From assembly GCA_016178625.1 (NCBI GenBank), contig JACOSX010000135.1:7130-71129 (forward strand): 64,000 nucleotides of DNA. The letters are read 5' to 3'. The translations under genes and the position numbers were made by a program. Positions 27,902 through 37,809 of this stretch are shown here, piece by piece. A model generated the notes under the pieces. The model saw only the letters and a list, made by a program, of their open reading frames with translations, did not search any database and was not told where the DNA came from. This DNA is from Ignavibacteria bacterium (lineage in GTDB: Bacteria > Bacteroidota > Ignavibacteria > UBA10030 > SZUA-254). The stretch's first letter is position 1; every line of letters begins with the position of its first letter.

Positions 27902-28911
27902 CAGTCAAGAGGACAAAAGAAACCAAGAAACAGAGCATATCGGTGAGGTTTTTATTTGAAGCGAACAAGGAACGCCTCCGTCTTTCTTCCTTAACCGGAG
28001 AACTTGGTTTCGAGAAAGAAATCAATGATAAGAATATCCATCGGCCGGGACTCGCGCTCGCTGGATACGTCCAGTTGTTTCGGTACGACCGTGTTCAGGT
28101 TTGCGGTAATACAGAAATGCGATATCTTGATCAACTCGATGAACACCAGCGAGCACAATCGTTGGAGAAGATCTTTCAGTTTGATGTCCCCTGCGTTGTC
28201 GTCACAAACAACAATAAGGTGGATGATCTCTTTTTGAAGCTTGCCATCGAACACCGTGTACCGATCTTTCAAACACCCTTTGAAAGCACAAAGTTTGTCT
28301 ATATACTCGGGGATTTTCTTGATGACCAATTTTCACCCCAGCTTGTTGTCCACGGCTCATTTGTGGATGTGTATGGGATCGGTGTACTTCTCAGTGGACG
28401 ATCGGGTATAGGGAAGAGTGAAATTGCCCTCGATCTCGTCGAACGAGGTCATCGCCTAGTCGCGGACGATGTTGTGATGATCACTCGTAAAGGGGAGGGG
28501 ATTCTCATGGGTTACGGCACTGACCTCGTTAAGCATTTTATGGAAATTAGAGGGCTTGGCTTGATCGATGTTCGAAGTATGTTCGGCATTCGTGCAATCC
28601 GGTTCCAAAAGAGGGTTGAGCTGGTCATTGAGCTCATGGAATGGCGTCCGGACGAAGAATATACGCGAACAGGTCTTGACGACGAAGGCATCAATATCTT
28701 GGATGTTCAGCTTCCTCGTGTCGAATTGCCAATCTTCCCAGGAAAAAATGTTACAGTGATTTGTGAAGTCATTGCCCTTAACTACTTACTTAAGCATTAT
28801 GGATATGATGCCGCAAAGGAATTTACCAAGAGACTGGAGGCTGTTATCACCGAAAAAAGCAAGCAAATAGGCGAGCGTGCCATCGATTACTTCGAACACG
28901 ACTTCGAGTAG
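27898..28911 (+). CDS. hprK: HPr kinase/phosphorylase
   Basis: Walker A GRSGIGKSEIALDLVERGHRLVADD and the downstream IRGLGLIDV block are present. ATGA overlap with hpf. Confidence 0.9.
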   Translation: MTVKRTKETKKQSISVRFLFEANKERLRLSSLTGELGFEKEINDKNIHRPGLALAGYVQLFRYDRVQVCGNTEMRYLDQLDEHQRAQSLEKIFQFDVPCVVVTNNNKVDDLFLKLAIEHRVPIFQTPFESTKFVYILGDFLDDQFSPQLVVHGSFVDVYGIGVLLSGRSGIGKSEIALDLVERGHRLVADDVVMITRKGEGILMGYGTDLVKHFMEIRGLGLIDVRSMFGIRAIRFQKRVELVIELMEWRPDEEYTRTGLDDEGINILDVQLPRVELPIFPGKNVTVICEVIALNYLLKHYGYDAAKEFTKRLEAVITEKSKQIGERAIDYFEHDFE

Positions 28912-28937
28912 CGGCGTCACGTCTTCAAAAAAATTCC

Positions 28938-28966
28938 TTGACAAACAAGTAAATATTGTTTAATTT
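28938..28966 (+). promoter_or_regulatory. Sigma70-like promoter (TTGACA-N17-TAATTT) for the M23 peptidase gene
   Basis: TTGACA at 28938-43 and TAATTT at 28961-66. This argues the real start is ATG 29031 rather than the TTG at 28956. Confidence 0.35.
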
Positions 28967-29030
28967 TGTCCGAGTTAAATTACGATCCTCGCTCAGTGAT
29001 GACAATCCTCACGAGCGAAAAAAAGTAATT

Positions 29031-29990
29031 ATGTTCAAGAAGAAGAACCTTAAGACATATTATTATTCCGACAACGATCTGAGGGTTCAGGAGATTAAGA
29101 GCTTTCGCCTGAAAATTGCAGGTCTCGTTGTCGGGTGCGTTGTCATTTGCCTTTCGCTCTTTGTCGCAGTTGGTCACTTTTCCGGTCATCTGCTCGGACT
29201 CAGTACCGGTCAGACTAATGAAGTCACCCATGAGAATCAGGTCCTTCGGGATCAGGTGGCTGTACTGGCGTCACGGGTGACTGAACTACAGACAACTCTC
29301 CAGAAACTGGATCAGCAGGGGAACCACTTGCGGCTGATGGTTGATCTAGAAAAAGTCGACGAAGAAACGAAAGCGGCCGGTACTGGCGGGGCGCTTCAGG
29401 AGCCGGTCTTAGGCTTGGGACTCGATACGACGTCGCACCTTCTTCGAACCACATTTACGGCATTACAGAAACTTTCCAGCGAGATCAAAGTTCAGCAACA
29501 AAGCTACGAGCAAATTATCGACAAATACGAATACAATAAAGGATACTTTGCTGCAATGCCCGCGCTAAAACCTATGGATGGAGAATACTCGACCAGGGGA
29601 TTTGGATTGAGGATGCACCCCGTTCTTGGGATTTTCAAAACACATCAGGGGCTCGATATCGTGAATGATGTTGGCACCCCCGTGTATGCGGCAGCCGATG
29701 GAGTCATCGAAATGGCAAGCCATAGCGGCGGTGGCTATGGAATCGTGGTGGTTATCAGGCATGGCTATGGGTATCAAACACTTTATGCGCACCTATCAAA
29801 GGTATTGGTGCATGAAGGTCAGCGAATAAAGCGTGGTGATCTAATCGCCAAAAGTGGTAGAACGGGCCTTGTCACGGGTCCTCACCTTCATTACGAAGTG
29901 CGTTACAAAGGTGTCTGCCAGAATCCCATCGACTACTTTCTCGATGATGTGACGGCAGAAATTTATCACAAGCAAATCGCCTCGCGCTAA
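29031..29990 (+). CDS. M23-family (LytM-type) peptidoglycan endopeptidase with N-terminal TM and coiled coil
   Basis: HQGLDI, GGGYG and GPHLHYEV form the HxxxD...HxH LytM metal site. A TM anchor and coiled coil precede it. Confidence 0.85.
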   Translation: MFKKKNLKTYYYSDNDLRVQEIKSFRLKIAGLVVGCVVICLSLFVAVGHFSGHLLGLSTGQTNEVTHENQVLRDQVAVLASRVTELQTTLQKLDQQGNHLRLMVDLEKVDEETKAAGTGGALQEPVLGLGLDTTSHLLRTTFTALQKLSSEIKVQQQSYEQIIDKYEYNKGYFAAMPALKPMDGEYSTRGFGLRMHPVLGIFKTHQGLDIVNDVGTPVYAAADGVIEMASHSGGGYGIVVVIRHGYGYQTLYAHLSKVLVHEGQRIKRGDLIAKSGRTGLVTGPHLHYEVRYKGVCQNPIDYFLDDVTAEIYHKQIASR

Positions 29991-30088
29991 ACCTTCGGTT
30001 GTTCTTGTCTTGTTCCATGGGGATGAACTTTTAAGATGGTAAAGCTGTTCTTGCTTTGGAGTTAATTAAAGATCGAGGAGTGTATTGT

Positions 30089-30313
30089 ATGATTTGGACA
30101 ATGGAGCTCGCTTCATACTTAGATGAAGCGCCGTGGCCCGCGACAAAAGAAGAGTTGATGGATTATGCCATTCGGACCGGGGCGCCGAATGAGGTGATTG
30201 AGAATCTCCAGGAGTTGGAAGATGCCGATGAACCATACGAGAGCATGGAAGAAATTTGGCCAGATTATCCAACCGATGGGGATTTCTTCTTCGAAGATGA
30301 GAGTGAGTACTGA
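30089..30313 (+). CDS. DUF2795-like small acidic protein
   Basis: LASYLDEAPWPATKEELMDYAIRTGAPNEVIENLQEL matches the DUF2795 pattern (YL.g..fPa.k.eL...A...GA...V...L). Confidence 0.6.
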   Translation: MIWTMELASYLDEAPWPATKEELMDYAIRTGAPNEVIENLQELEDADEPYESMEEIWPDYPTDGDFFFEDESEY

Positions 30314-30395
30314 AGAGTGCTCTCTCTGGTCGTCCTGAATAGATATCACGATCCAGAGAGCCGTTCAGCACGGTCAGGTTAAGTTCTTGAATAAA

Positions 30396-30427
30396 CCCAT
30401 CCAGCATCATGGTGGATGGGTTTTTTA
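30396..30427 (+). terminator. Rho-independent terminator
   Basis: CCCATCCA (30396-403) pairs perfectly with TGGATGGG (30413-20), with a 9-nt loop, followed by TTTTTT. Confidence 0.75.
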
Positions 30428-30464
30428 TTATATTGTCACGAGTACGTCTGTCTCATAGAAACCG

Positions 30465-32576
30465 ATGTATCTTTACAAACCTCAATCCACCTCGCATATC
30501 GTCTCGACCCTTCTGGTTCTTCTCTGCATTGCTCTCTCCGGATTCCAGGCGGAAGCCCAGTCGTCGCTCACCGACCAGAAGCTTGAGATTGCGAAGATCG
30601 AATTCAAAGGAAATGAGACGTTTGATAGCGGAACCCTTAAAGACATCATTGTGTCGAGAGAATCTCCCAGTGGTTTCTCCCAATTCTTCTATCGAACCTT
30701 TGGTGAGAAGCTTGGTTCCAAGCCAGAGTATTTGGACCCTGTCACGTTTGACGATGATCAGAAGCGGCTGCAAGCGTATTACCAGGAAAATGGTTTCTAC
30801 GATGCCGCAATTATTGGAAATACGCGTATTGATTCGGTGAATCATACAGTGAAACTCATGTTTGCAATTACAGAGAACAAACGATCGTTGATCGACAGTG
30901 TCAGTTATCGCGGTATCGAAACTCTTCCTGAAGATCTTCGCTTGAAGATAGTAACCGAACCTATTATCTTCAGGGGGTCGCCCTACATAGAATCGCGGGC
31001 GATAGCTGAGATTGCAAGAATACTGGAACTTCTTGGGAATCATGGTTATCCGATGGCACGATTCGATCCTGATCGATCAGGAAAATATAAATCCTCTTCA
31101 ACGAAGAACTTTTCCATCATCCTTGTGTTTTTACCGGGGCAACAGTATCATTTCGGGGATGTCTCGATTCATGTGGACCCCCCGCGTGCCGATATCACTG
31201 ATAACCTATCGCTACGACAGCTCGATTTTGAGTCGGGGGAAATCTACAGCCACGAGAAAAAGGTTTCAAGCGAAAGGAACCTCAACCGGATTGGGTTGTT
31301 CGAATCTGCGCATATCGAGCATCGCGTGCTGGATACGTCTACAGCATCCGTTGTTCCAATTGATATCTTTGCACGTCCTCGCCCGCGCAACGAACTCTTG
31401 CCTGAGATCATCGCCTCCAACGAAAACGGCGCGCTCAACTTGGGTCTTGGACTTGGATATACGAACCATAATTTCTTCGGGGATGCGCGTACGTTTAATA
31501 CTCGTGTCCGAGCTCGGACGCAATCATTGCGCGAGCTTTTCGAGGGCAAAGGATTTCGCGATCCAGATGTTGTCGCAGCTCTTGATTTAGAGTTTCAAGT
31601 GCTCCAACCGTACCTATTCACCCGGAGCCTGAGCGGTTCCTGGACGTCATCGATCGGAGTTGAAAAACAAAACTCGTACATTCTTTCCATTCTCCGGAAT
31701 AGGGTTGGATTGAGTAAACAATTTGCCACCTACACCTATGGCTTTCTGGATTGGACGCTTGAGCGCGTCAATCCCGAGTTCCTGTTGGACACTGTAACGA
31801 TACAAACTCTATTGAGTGCTTTCCGCGAGGAGGATAAACCGCAATTCAACTCTATTCTCACCTTCACGATTCAGAGAGATAAGACTAACGATATTTTCTC
31901 TCCAACAGATGGTTTCTTTCACAGCCTTTCCCTCGAGGAATCAGGAATACTTCCAAAGCTTCTCGTCCGCGACCGCGCAACAACTCATACGCCATTCACA
32001 GAATATTATAAAGTCACGCTCTTCGGCCGCTGGTATAACGACCTTACGCCGAATCGGTTCAATATCCTTGCCGTGAAATTGAAGAGCGGATATCAGAACA
32101 AGTACGGCGAAAGCAAATATCTCGCTGTGAGGATTCCCTTGAACAGGAGATTTTTCGCGGGGGGTAGCAGCAGTGTCCGTGGGTGGAAGGCGCGTGAATT
32201 GGGAGCGATGCCTGATGAGTTAGTGCAGTTCGGCGGCAACTTTATCTTTGAGGGAAGCGCTGAGTTGCGGGTTAACCATTTTCGCGGGTTCGGAAAACTG
32301 GGCTTCATCAAATTCGATAACATTTGGGGAGTGTACTTCCTGGATTTCGGGAACATCTGGAGTGATATTTCTGATTTCAAGATGAAGGAGATTGCCATTG
32401 CCGCGGGCTTTGGATTCAGGTATGATACATTTTTCGGTCCCTTCCGTGTCGATTACGGATTTCGACTATATGACCCGAAAGAAGAAGTGGGTCGACAAAC
32501 AATATTTCGCAAGCAATTTTGGGGAGAAACCTTTAGCAACGGGGTGATTCATTTCGGCATTGGTCATGCATTCTAA
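30465..32576 (+). CDS. bamA: Omp85/BamA-family outer membrane protein assembly factor
   Basis: Signal peptide and POTRA-like repeats (KIAKIEFKGNETFDSGTLKDII). A C-terminal D15-type barrel (RFFAGGSSSVRGW) ends ...GIGHAF with a terminal aromatic residue. Confidence 0.85.
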   Translation: MYLYKPQSTSHIVSTLLVLLCIALSGFQAEAQSSLTDQKLEIAKIEFKGNETFDSGTLKDIIVSRESPSGFSQFFYRTFGEKLGSKPEYLDPVTFDDDQKRLQAYYQENGFYDAAIIGNTRIDSVNHTVKLMFAITENKRSLIDSVSYRGIETLPEDLRLKIVTEPIIFRGSPYIESRAIAEIARILELLGNHGYPMARFDPDRSGKYKSSSTKNFSIILVFLPGQQYHFGDVSIHVDPPRADITDNLSLRQLDFESGEIYSHEKKVSSERNLNRIGLFESAHIEHRVLDTSTASVVPIDIFARPRPRNELLPEIIASNENGALNLGLGLGYTNHNFFGDARTFNTRVRARTQSLRELFEGKGFRDPDVVAALDLEFQVLQPYLFTRSLSGSWTSSIGVEKQNSYILSILRNRVGLSKQFATYTYGFLDWTLERVNPEFLLDTVTIQTLLSAFREEDKPQFNSILTFTIQRDKTNDIFSPTDGFFHSLSLEESGILPKLLVRDRATTHTPFTEYYKVTLFGRWYNDLTPNRFNILAVKLKSGYQNKYGESKYLAVRIPLNRRFFAGGSSSVRGWKARELGAMPDELVQFGGNFIFEGSAELRVNHFRGFGKLGFIKFDNIWGVYFLDFGNIWSDISDFKMKEIAIAAGFGFRYDTFFGPFRVDYGFRLYDPKEEVGRQTIFRKQFWGETFSNGVIHFGIGHAF

Positions 32577-32584
32577 GAGATCCT

Positions 32585-33733
32585 ATGGCGTGGTCGTCAG
32601 TTATTGATCAAACGCGGGTAAAACGAATCCTATCGACATCCCTCGAGCGTGGGCGCCTCGCGCATGCATATCTGTTTTCTGGTGCAGAAGGCGTCGGTAA
32701 ATACGCAATGGCAATCGAGCTTGCGAAAATACTGAACTGTGAACAATCGAGCATTGAAGCGTGCGATCATTGTCCCAGTTGCAAACGAGCGGAATCTCTC
32801 CTCCATCCCAATATTCGTGTCGTCTTTGCATTGCCTGTCGGCAAGAGCGAGAAGTACGGTGATGCTCCCCTCGCGAAACTCACGAACGAAGAGGTTACTA
32901 TTGTTCAGGAACAACTGGGGTTGAAGGCGAAAAATCCATATCATACCATCGTCATTCCGAGAGCAAACGACATCAAGGTCAACAGCGTGCGCGAGATTCG
33001 AAGAGAAGCGTCACTGAGTTCGTTCGGTCGCGGCAACAAGGTGTTCATTATCCTCGAGGCGGAACACATGAATGATGAGGCGTCGAACGCAATTCTGAAG
33101 ACCCTTGAGGAGCCGCACGATGACACCTATCTTATTCTCACATCCTCCCGGCCCGACAATCTTCTCCCGACGATCAACTCTCGTTGTCAGCACCTACGAT
33201 TTGACCACTTGAGCGAGGGACAGATCGGGCAGGCATTGCAGGAACGGGAGAGAGTAAATGCTCAACAGGCAACCATGATCGCGCGGTTGGCGCGTGGGAG
33301 TTACGCTAAGGCGCTTCGATCGATCGACTCTTCCCTCGCTGGGCAACGGGAGGAAGCAATAGAACTTCTCCGCGTTATCCTCCATAAATCGCGCAAGGTT
33401 CTCCTCGAACACATTGATCAGATCATGGGCGAATATGAGAAGCAAGATATCGAAGAGTTATTACTCATGATGCAACTTTGGTTGAGAGATGCGATATTAT
33501 GTAAGGAGGGTGTCGACGCGAACGTTGCAGGAGACGAGGGCGACGCGGTACGAAGATTCGTGAACCATTACCCCGAAGCACATCTCTCAAGAGCGATCGA
33601 GGCGATCGACCGAGCCATTTCACTTCTCCACAAAAATGTGTATATTCCGCTTATTATCCTTGATCTTGCAATTCAATTGAAAGCTCGTATTGTGAGTTCT
33701 CCTGTGACGAGAACAAGCTCCATCAGAAGCTGA
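32585..33733 (+). CDS. holB: DNA polymerase III delta-prime subunit
   Basis: HAYLFSGAEGVGK (degenerate Walker A), zinc module CDHCPSCKR, TLEEP and INSRCQ blocks. Confidence 0.85.
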   Translation: MAWSSVIDQTRVKRILSTSLERGRLAHAYLFSGAEGVGKYAMAIELAKILNCEQSSIEACDHCPSCKRAESLLHPNIRVVFALPVGKSEKYGDAPLAKLTNEEVTIVQEQLGLKAKNPYHTIVIPRANDIKVNSVREIRREASLSSFGRGNKVFIILEAEHMNDEASNAILKTLEEPHDDTYLILTSSRPDNLLPTINSRCQHLRFDHLSEGQIGQALQERERVNAQQATMIARLARGSYAKALRSIDSSLAGQREEAIELLRVILHKSRKVLLEHIDQIMGEYEKQDIEELLLMMQLWLRDAILCKEGVDANVAGDEGDAVRRFVNHYPEAHLSRAIEAIDRAISLLHKNVYIPLIILDLAIQLKARIVSSPVTRTSSIRS

Positions 33734-33757
33734 TGGTTCGAGGGTGAAAGGGAAACA

Positions 33758-35866
33758 GTGAACAAACAGGTTGACCCGCCAGACCTGCCTGCCGGCGGGC
33801 ATGGGGTGGGTTTTGAACGCATACTTGTGACAGCCGCGTTACCCTATGCGAACGGGAAGATCCATCTCGGTCATCTTGCTGGCGCGTATCTCCCATCAGA
33901 TATCTATGTCCGATATCAGCGCTCGATGAAACGAGACGTAGTGTTCCTTTGTGGCTCCGACGAACACGGTGTTCCGATCACGATCACTGCAGAACAGGAG
34001 AAGACAACGCCTCAGGCGGTGGTCGATCGATACCATGCATTGAACAAGGCTGCGTTTGAAAAATTCGGGATGAGCTTCGATAATTATTCTCGCACGTCGA
34101 TGCCGCTTCATCATGAGATGGCAAGAGAATTTTTTCTCGAACTTCACAAGGCGGGAGTTCTCAAGGAGAAGAAAGAGAAGCAGCTCTACGATAAGAAAGC
34201 GGGGATGTTCTTACCCGATCGCTATGTGGAGGGAACGTGCCCCGTGTGCGCAAACCCTGACGCACGAGGGGATCAGTGTGAAAGGTGTGGAACCTTTCTG
34301 AACCCTACCGACCTCAAAAACCCGCGCAGTAAAATCACCGGTGAGACTCCCACTGTTAGAGAGACGACACATTTCTATTTTCCTCTCGGCGCGTATCAAC
34401 AGCAGTTGGAAGAGTACATTGCCGCCGCCGATGCCCGCGATGGATGGAAGGAAAATGTCCTGCAATACTGTCGCGGCTGGTTTAAGGAAGGATTGCAGGA
34501 CCGAGCCGTGACGAGAGACTTGGATTGGGGTGTAAAGATTCCAATCAAGGGCTATGAGACCAAAGTGCTCTATGTCTGGTTCGATGCCGTTCTCGGCTAT
34601 GTCTCCGCGACGAAGGAATGGGCATCTCAGCAGGGTCACCCCGACAAATGGAAGAATTATTGGCTCAGTTCTACGACAAAGTATGTTGCGTTCATCGGAA
34701 AGGACAATGTCGTGTTTCACTGCATTGTCTTTCCGGCAATGCTCATGGCATGGAATGCAACCTCGCCTGGCAAGTATGTGCTTCCTGAAAATGTTCCCGC
34801 GAATGAATTCCTGAATTTCGAAGGACAGAAGTTCTCGAAGAGCCGCGGCTGGGGGATCGATGTGGATGAGTTTCTGGAGGAATTCCCCGCCGACGCGCTG
34901 CGGTATACGCTCACGATGAACTTGCCCGAACTACGCGACACAGATTTCACGTGGAAAGACTTTCAGGCACGGAACAATAATGAGCTTGCGGACATTCTCG
35001 GGAACTTCATCAACCGCACATTCACTTTTGCCCATCGGAATTTTGATGGAAAGATTCCGGAACTGGGACCTCTCAATGATCTTGACAAGCAATTACTATC
35101 TTCCCTGCAATCGGTGCCGAAGAAAGCGGGTAAACTGTTCGAGCAGTATCATTTCCGAGATGCCGTCCTTGAGATCATGAACCTCGCACGCTTTGCGAAC
35201 AAGTACTTCAATGATAGTGAACCATGGAAAACGCTGAAGACCGATCCCGTCCGATGTGCGACAACGATTAATCTGTGTCTGCAGGCGATCCGTTCTCTCG
35301 CAATCCTCCTCGAACCGACCGTGCCGTTCAGCGCTGCGAAGATGTGGAGAATGTTGAACTTGCCGCAATCTCCCTCTCAGGCGGGATGGAAAAGCGCCGC
35401 GGAAGTTGTTCTCACAACCGGCAGGGGATTGGGGCAGGCGGAGATTCTCTTCTCTAAAATTGAGGACGAGGCGATCAAGAAGCATGTGGAGAAACTTCCG
35501 AGCACTCCTCCATCCACACCCAAGGCATCCGCTGCGAAACCGACCATCAGCATCGACGACTTCAAACAGATCGATCTGAGAATTGCGAAAGTCATTGCTG
35601 CAGAGAAGGTTCCGAAGTCTGATAAACTGCTCAAGCTGCGTGTGAGCATCGGAACGGAAGAGCGACAGGTGATTGCAGGGATTGCGCAACACTACGCACC
35701 CGAAGATCTCGTCGGCAAGAAGATTGTCGTTGTTGCGAATCTTGCGCCCGCCAAGTTGATGGGTCAAGAGTCACAAGGAATGATACTTGCTGCGTCTGAT
35801 AACAACGGTAAACTTTCAATCCTCACCATAGCAACTGATCTTGCAGAGGGAAGTGTCGTCAAGTAA
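33758..35866 (+). CDS. metG: Methionine--tRNA ligase with C-terminal tRNA-binding (EMAP/Trbp111-like) domain
   Basis: ALPYANGKIHLGHL is the HIGH motif, CPVCANPDARGDQCERCG the zinc knuckle, and KFSKSRG the KMSKS motif. The C-terminal DLRIAKVIAAEKVPKSDKLLKLRV is the OB fold. Confidence 0.95.
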   Translation: MNKQVDPPDLPAGGHGVGFERILVTAALPYANGKIHLGHLAGAYLPSDIYVRYQRSMKRDVVFLCGSDEHGVPITITAEQEKTTPQAVVDRYHALNKAAFEKFGMSFDNYSRTSMPLHHEMAREFFLELHKAGVLKEKKEKQLYDKKAGMFLPDRYVEGTCPVCANPDARGDQCERCGTFLNPTDLKNPRSKITGETPTVRETTHFYFPLGAYQQQLEEYIAAADARDGWKENVLQYCRGWFKEGLQDRAVTRDLDWGVKIPIKGYETKVLYVWFDAVLGYVSATKEWASQQGHPDKWKNYWLSSTTKYVAFIGKDNVVFHCIVFPAMLMAWNATSPGKYVLPENVPANEFLNFEGQKFSKSRGWGIDVDEFLEEFPADALRYTLTMNLPELRDTDFTWKDFQARNNNELADILGNFINRTFTFAHRNFDGKIPELGPLNDLDKQLLSSLQSVPKKAGKLFEQYHFRDAVLEIMNLARFANKYFNDSEPWKTLKTDPVRCATTINLCLQAIRSLAILLEPTVPFSAAKMWRMLNLPQSPSQAGWKSAAEVVLTTGRGLGQAEILFSKIEDEAIKKHVEKLPSTPPSTPKASAAKPTISIDDFKQIDLRIAKVIAAEKVPKSDKLLKLRVSIGTEERQVIAGIAQHYAPEDLVGKKIVVVANLAPAKLMGQESQGMILAASDNNGKLSILTIATDLAEGSVVK

Positions 35867-36073
35867 ACTGATTCTTCGGCAGTGTCTCATTTTAAGGTTC
35901 GCAACCTGATGGTGGCGGCTACCGGGTTTGCGGATATTACCTCTGACCCTAACTGAATTAAAGGAAAGAGGTTACGTGGGTCAATCCGTGTTCGCCATTG
36001 GTGTGCAAAGAGATATAGTGAATTCCACATCTTGAAGCGAACGAATAAAACGAAAAACCGTCGACCTCGAGAC

Positions 36074-36102
36074 TTGACAAACTCCTTGGATTTTATTATT
36101 CT
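36074..36102 (+). promoter_or_regulatory. Sigma70-like promoter (TTGACA-N17-TATTCT) ahead of the protease gene
   Basis: TTGACA at 36074-79 and TATTCT at 36097-102, implying a ~170-nt leader before ATG 36275 (SD AGGAGG). Confidence 0.35.
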
Positions 36103-36274
36103 TGTGCTGTTGTCGAGACTTTCTACACGAGTGGGGGAAGGAGTTTTCTAAAAATCCGAGTGGTTCTTATGAGTATCCGGAGAACATCCAAGCCCTCGCG
36201 ACCGATATCAGCATCATCTCACAAAATCACAACACTAATTCACTAATTTTCATAACCCACACACAGGAGGTAAT

Positions 36275-37321
36275 ATGAGATATCCTCAAGTTCGGTCTTC
36301 ATGGTTTGTGGTTGTGGTACTGGCAATTGTCATTGCTTCGTCGATGTTGTATTGGACAGGTTGCGGCGAGAAGCAAGAGACCAGCAGCGGTCCCACAGTG
36401 ACAAGCCAACAGGTGACAACGCTCGCTAAGGGGAATCCGCAGGTAGAAGCGGTCATGTCAGTTCAGGAACGCCACACCGGCGAATTGATGTCGAAGCCCG
36501 GTGTTGTAGGCACTGGTGTAGGAGCCGACGTAAGTGGTCGTCCTGTTCTGCTCATCCTGACGAAGCAAGAAGGTGTTGGCGGTTTGCCGACAATGATCGA
36601 GGGAATACCGACGCGCGTCGATGTTGTCGGTGAAGTGCACGCTATGGCGGGTGGCGGTTTCAAAGGAACGTATCGACCCGTACCGGCTGGCGTGAGTGTC
36701 GGGAACGATAATGAGTGTGCCGCAGGCACGATCGGGTGCACGGTGTTGAAGGGTGGAGTGCACTACGCGCTCAGCAACAACCATGTCTTCGCTCGTGAGA
36801 ATGCTGCCTCCATCGGTGAGCGGATCGATCAGCCCGGTCGGTACGATGGCCATCCAATTTGCTCGCAAACCGGTCAAGTGGCGACGCTCTCGGCATTCAA
36901 TACAATCAATTTCTCAGGTGGAAACAACACGTTCGATGCTGCGATTGCTCAGTACACCACAAGCGATGTCTGTTCGATGGCCAATAACCTCTACACGCCG
37001 AGCAGCACGACCGTGGCTCCGAGTGTCGGGCTGGCGGTGAAGAAGGTCGGGCGCACGTCCGGTCTGACCCACGGTACGATTGCCGGAATCAACGTTTCGA
37101 TTGACGTCGATTACGGCGGTGGAAGGATTGCGCATTTCGTTAATCAGATCTATGTCGCTAGTACGTTCATTCGTTCCGGCGATTCTGGCTCGCTCATGGT
37201 GACAGACAACGCCAATGCGAATCCCGTCGGCTTGGATTTTGCCGGTGGAAGCAGCTCGTCGTTTGCCAATCCAATTGGACCAGTGCTGTCGTTCTTTAAC
37301 GTCACCGTCTGCAGCCAGTAA
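36275..37321 (+). CDS. Secreted/lipoprotein chymotrypsin-fold (S1, alpha-lytic-like) serine protease with N-terminal pro-like domain
   Basis: Signal plus Cys (LYWTGC). Candidate triad: LSNNHVF (His), NTFDAAIAQ (Asp), RSGDSGSLMV (Ser). VKKVGRTSGLTHGTI is the typical pre-Ser block. Confidence 0.75.
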   Translation: MRYPQVRSSWFVVVVLAIVIASSMLYWTGCGEKQETSSGPTVTSQQVTTLAKGNPQVEAVMSVQERHTGELMSKPGVVGTGVGADVSGRPVLLILTKQEGVGGLPTMIEGIPTRVDVVGEVHAMAGGGFKGTYRPVPAGVSVGNDNECAAGTIGCTVLKGGVHYALSNNHVFARENAASIGERIDQPGRYDGHPICSQTGQVATLSAFNTINFSGGNNTFDAAIAQYTTSDVCSMANNLYTPSSTTVAPSVGLAVKKVGRTSGLTHGTIAGINVSIDVDYGGGRIAHFVNQIYVASTFIRSGDSGSLMVTDNANANPVGLDFAGGSSSSFANPIGPVLSFFNVTVCSQ

Positions 37322-37353
37322 ACGACGAATCATCATTCTGTTGATGGAACAGT

Positions 37354-37390
37354 GCAGGGGCAGTGCAAAGGCATGCCCCTGCCGTGTTTT
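37354..37390 (+). terminator. Hairpin plus T-run between protease and downstream small gene (terminator/attenuator candidate)
   Basis: GCAGGGGCA (37354-62) pairs with TGCCCCTGC (37374-82), with an 11-nt loop, then CGTGTTTT. Confidence 0.5.
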
Positions 37391-37399
37391 GAGACGTCG

Positions 37400-37720
37400 A
37401 TGATGAAACCACTTCTTGTCGCGATCGTTGGTGCGATGACGATCGCAATGAACGTAAACGGTCTTCCAATGCAGCACGAAAAAAAATCGATACAGTCCGA
37501 GAAAAGCATCACTCAAGTTCTTAAAGAGCGTACATCTGAGCTGATGTCGATTCACGGTGTCATCGGGACAGGTGAAGGAAGAAAGGACGGCCATCCTTCG
37601 GTGCTCGTTTTCGTCGTGAAAAAGACAAAAGCAATCTCCAGCAAGATCCCGAAGACGCTGGATGGTTATCCGGTCATTGTACGCGAGACCGGCAGAGTAA
37701 AACCGATGAAGTCTCCGTGA
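37400..37720 (+). CDS. Small secreted protein paralogous to the N-terminal (pro-like) domain of the adjacent protease
   Basis: Signal peptide MMKPLLVAIVGAMTIAMNVNG. ERTSELMSIHGVIGTGEGRKDGHPSVLVFVVKK...IPKTLDGYPVIVRETGRV aligns by eye with the protease segment ERHTGELMSKPGVVGTGVGADVSGRPVLLILTKQ...LPTMIEGIPTRVDVVGEV. Confidence 0.55.
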   Translation: MMKPLLVAIVGAMTIAMNVNGLPMQHEKKSIQSEKSITQVLKERTSELMSIHGVIGTGEGRKDGHPSVLVFVVKKTKAISSKIPKTLDGYPVIVRETGRVKPMKSP

Positions 37721-37770
37721 CTATTAGAGAGGTACGGTATGAGAATCCTGACCGTTATTTTTTGAACAAA

Positions 37771-37809
37771 GTCCCGAAGGTCCGAAGGAATCCCTTCGGG
37801 ACTTCGGAC
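37771..37809. repeat. GC-rich nested hairpin (GTCCCGAAGG / CCTTCGGGAC)
   Basis: A perfect 10-bp stem pairs 37771-80 with 37793-802. An overlapping alternative stem pairs GTCCGAAG (37780-87) with CTTCGGAC (37802-09). Confidence 0.6.
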
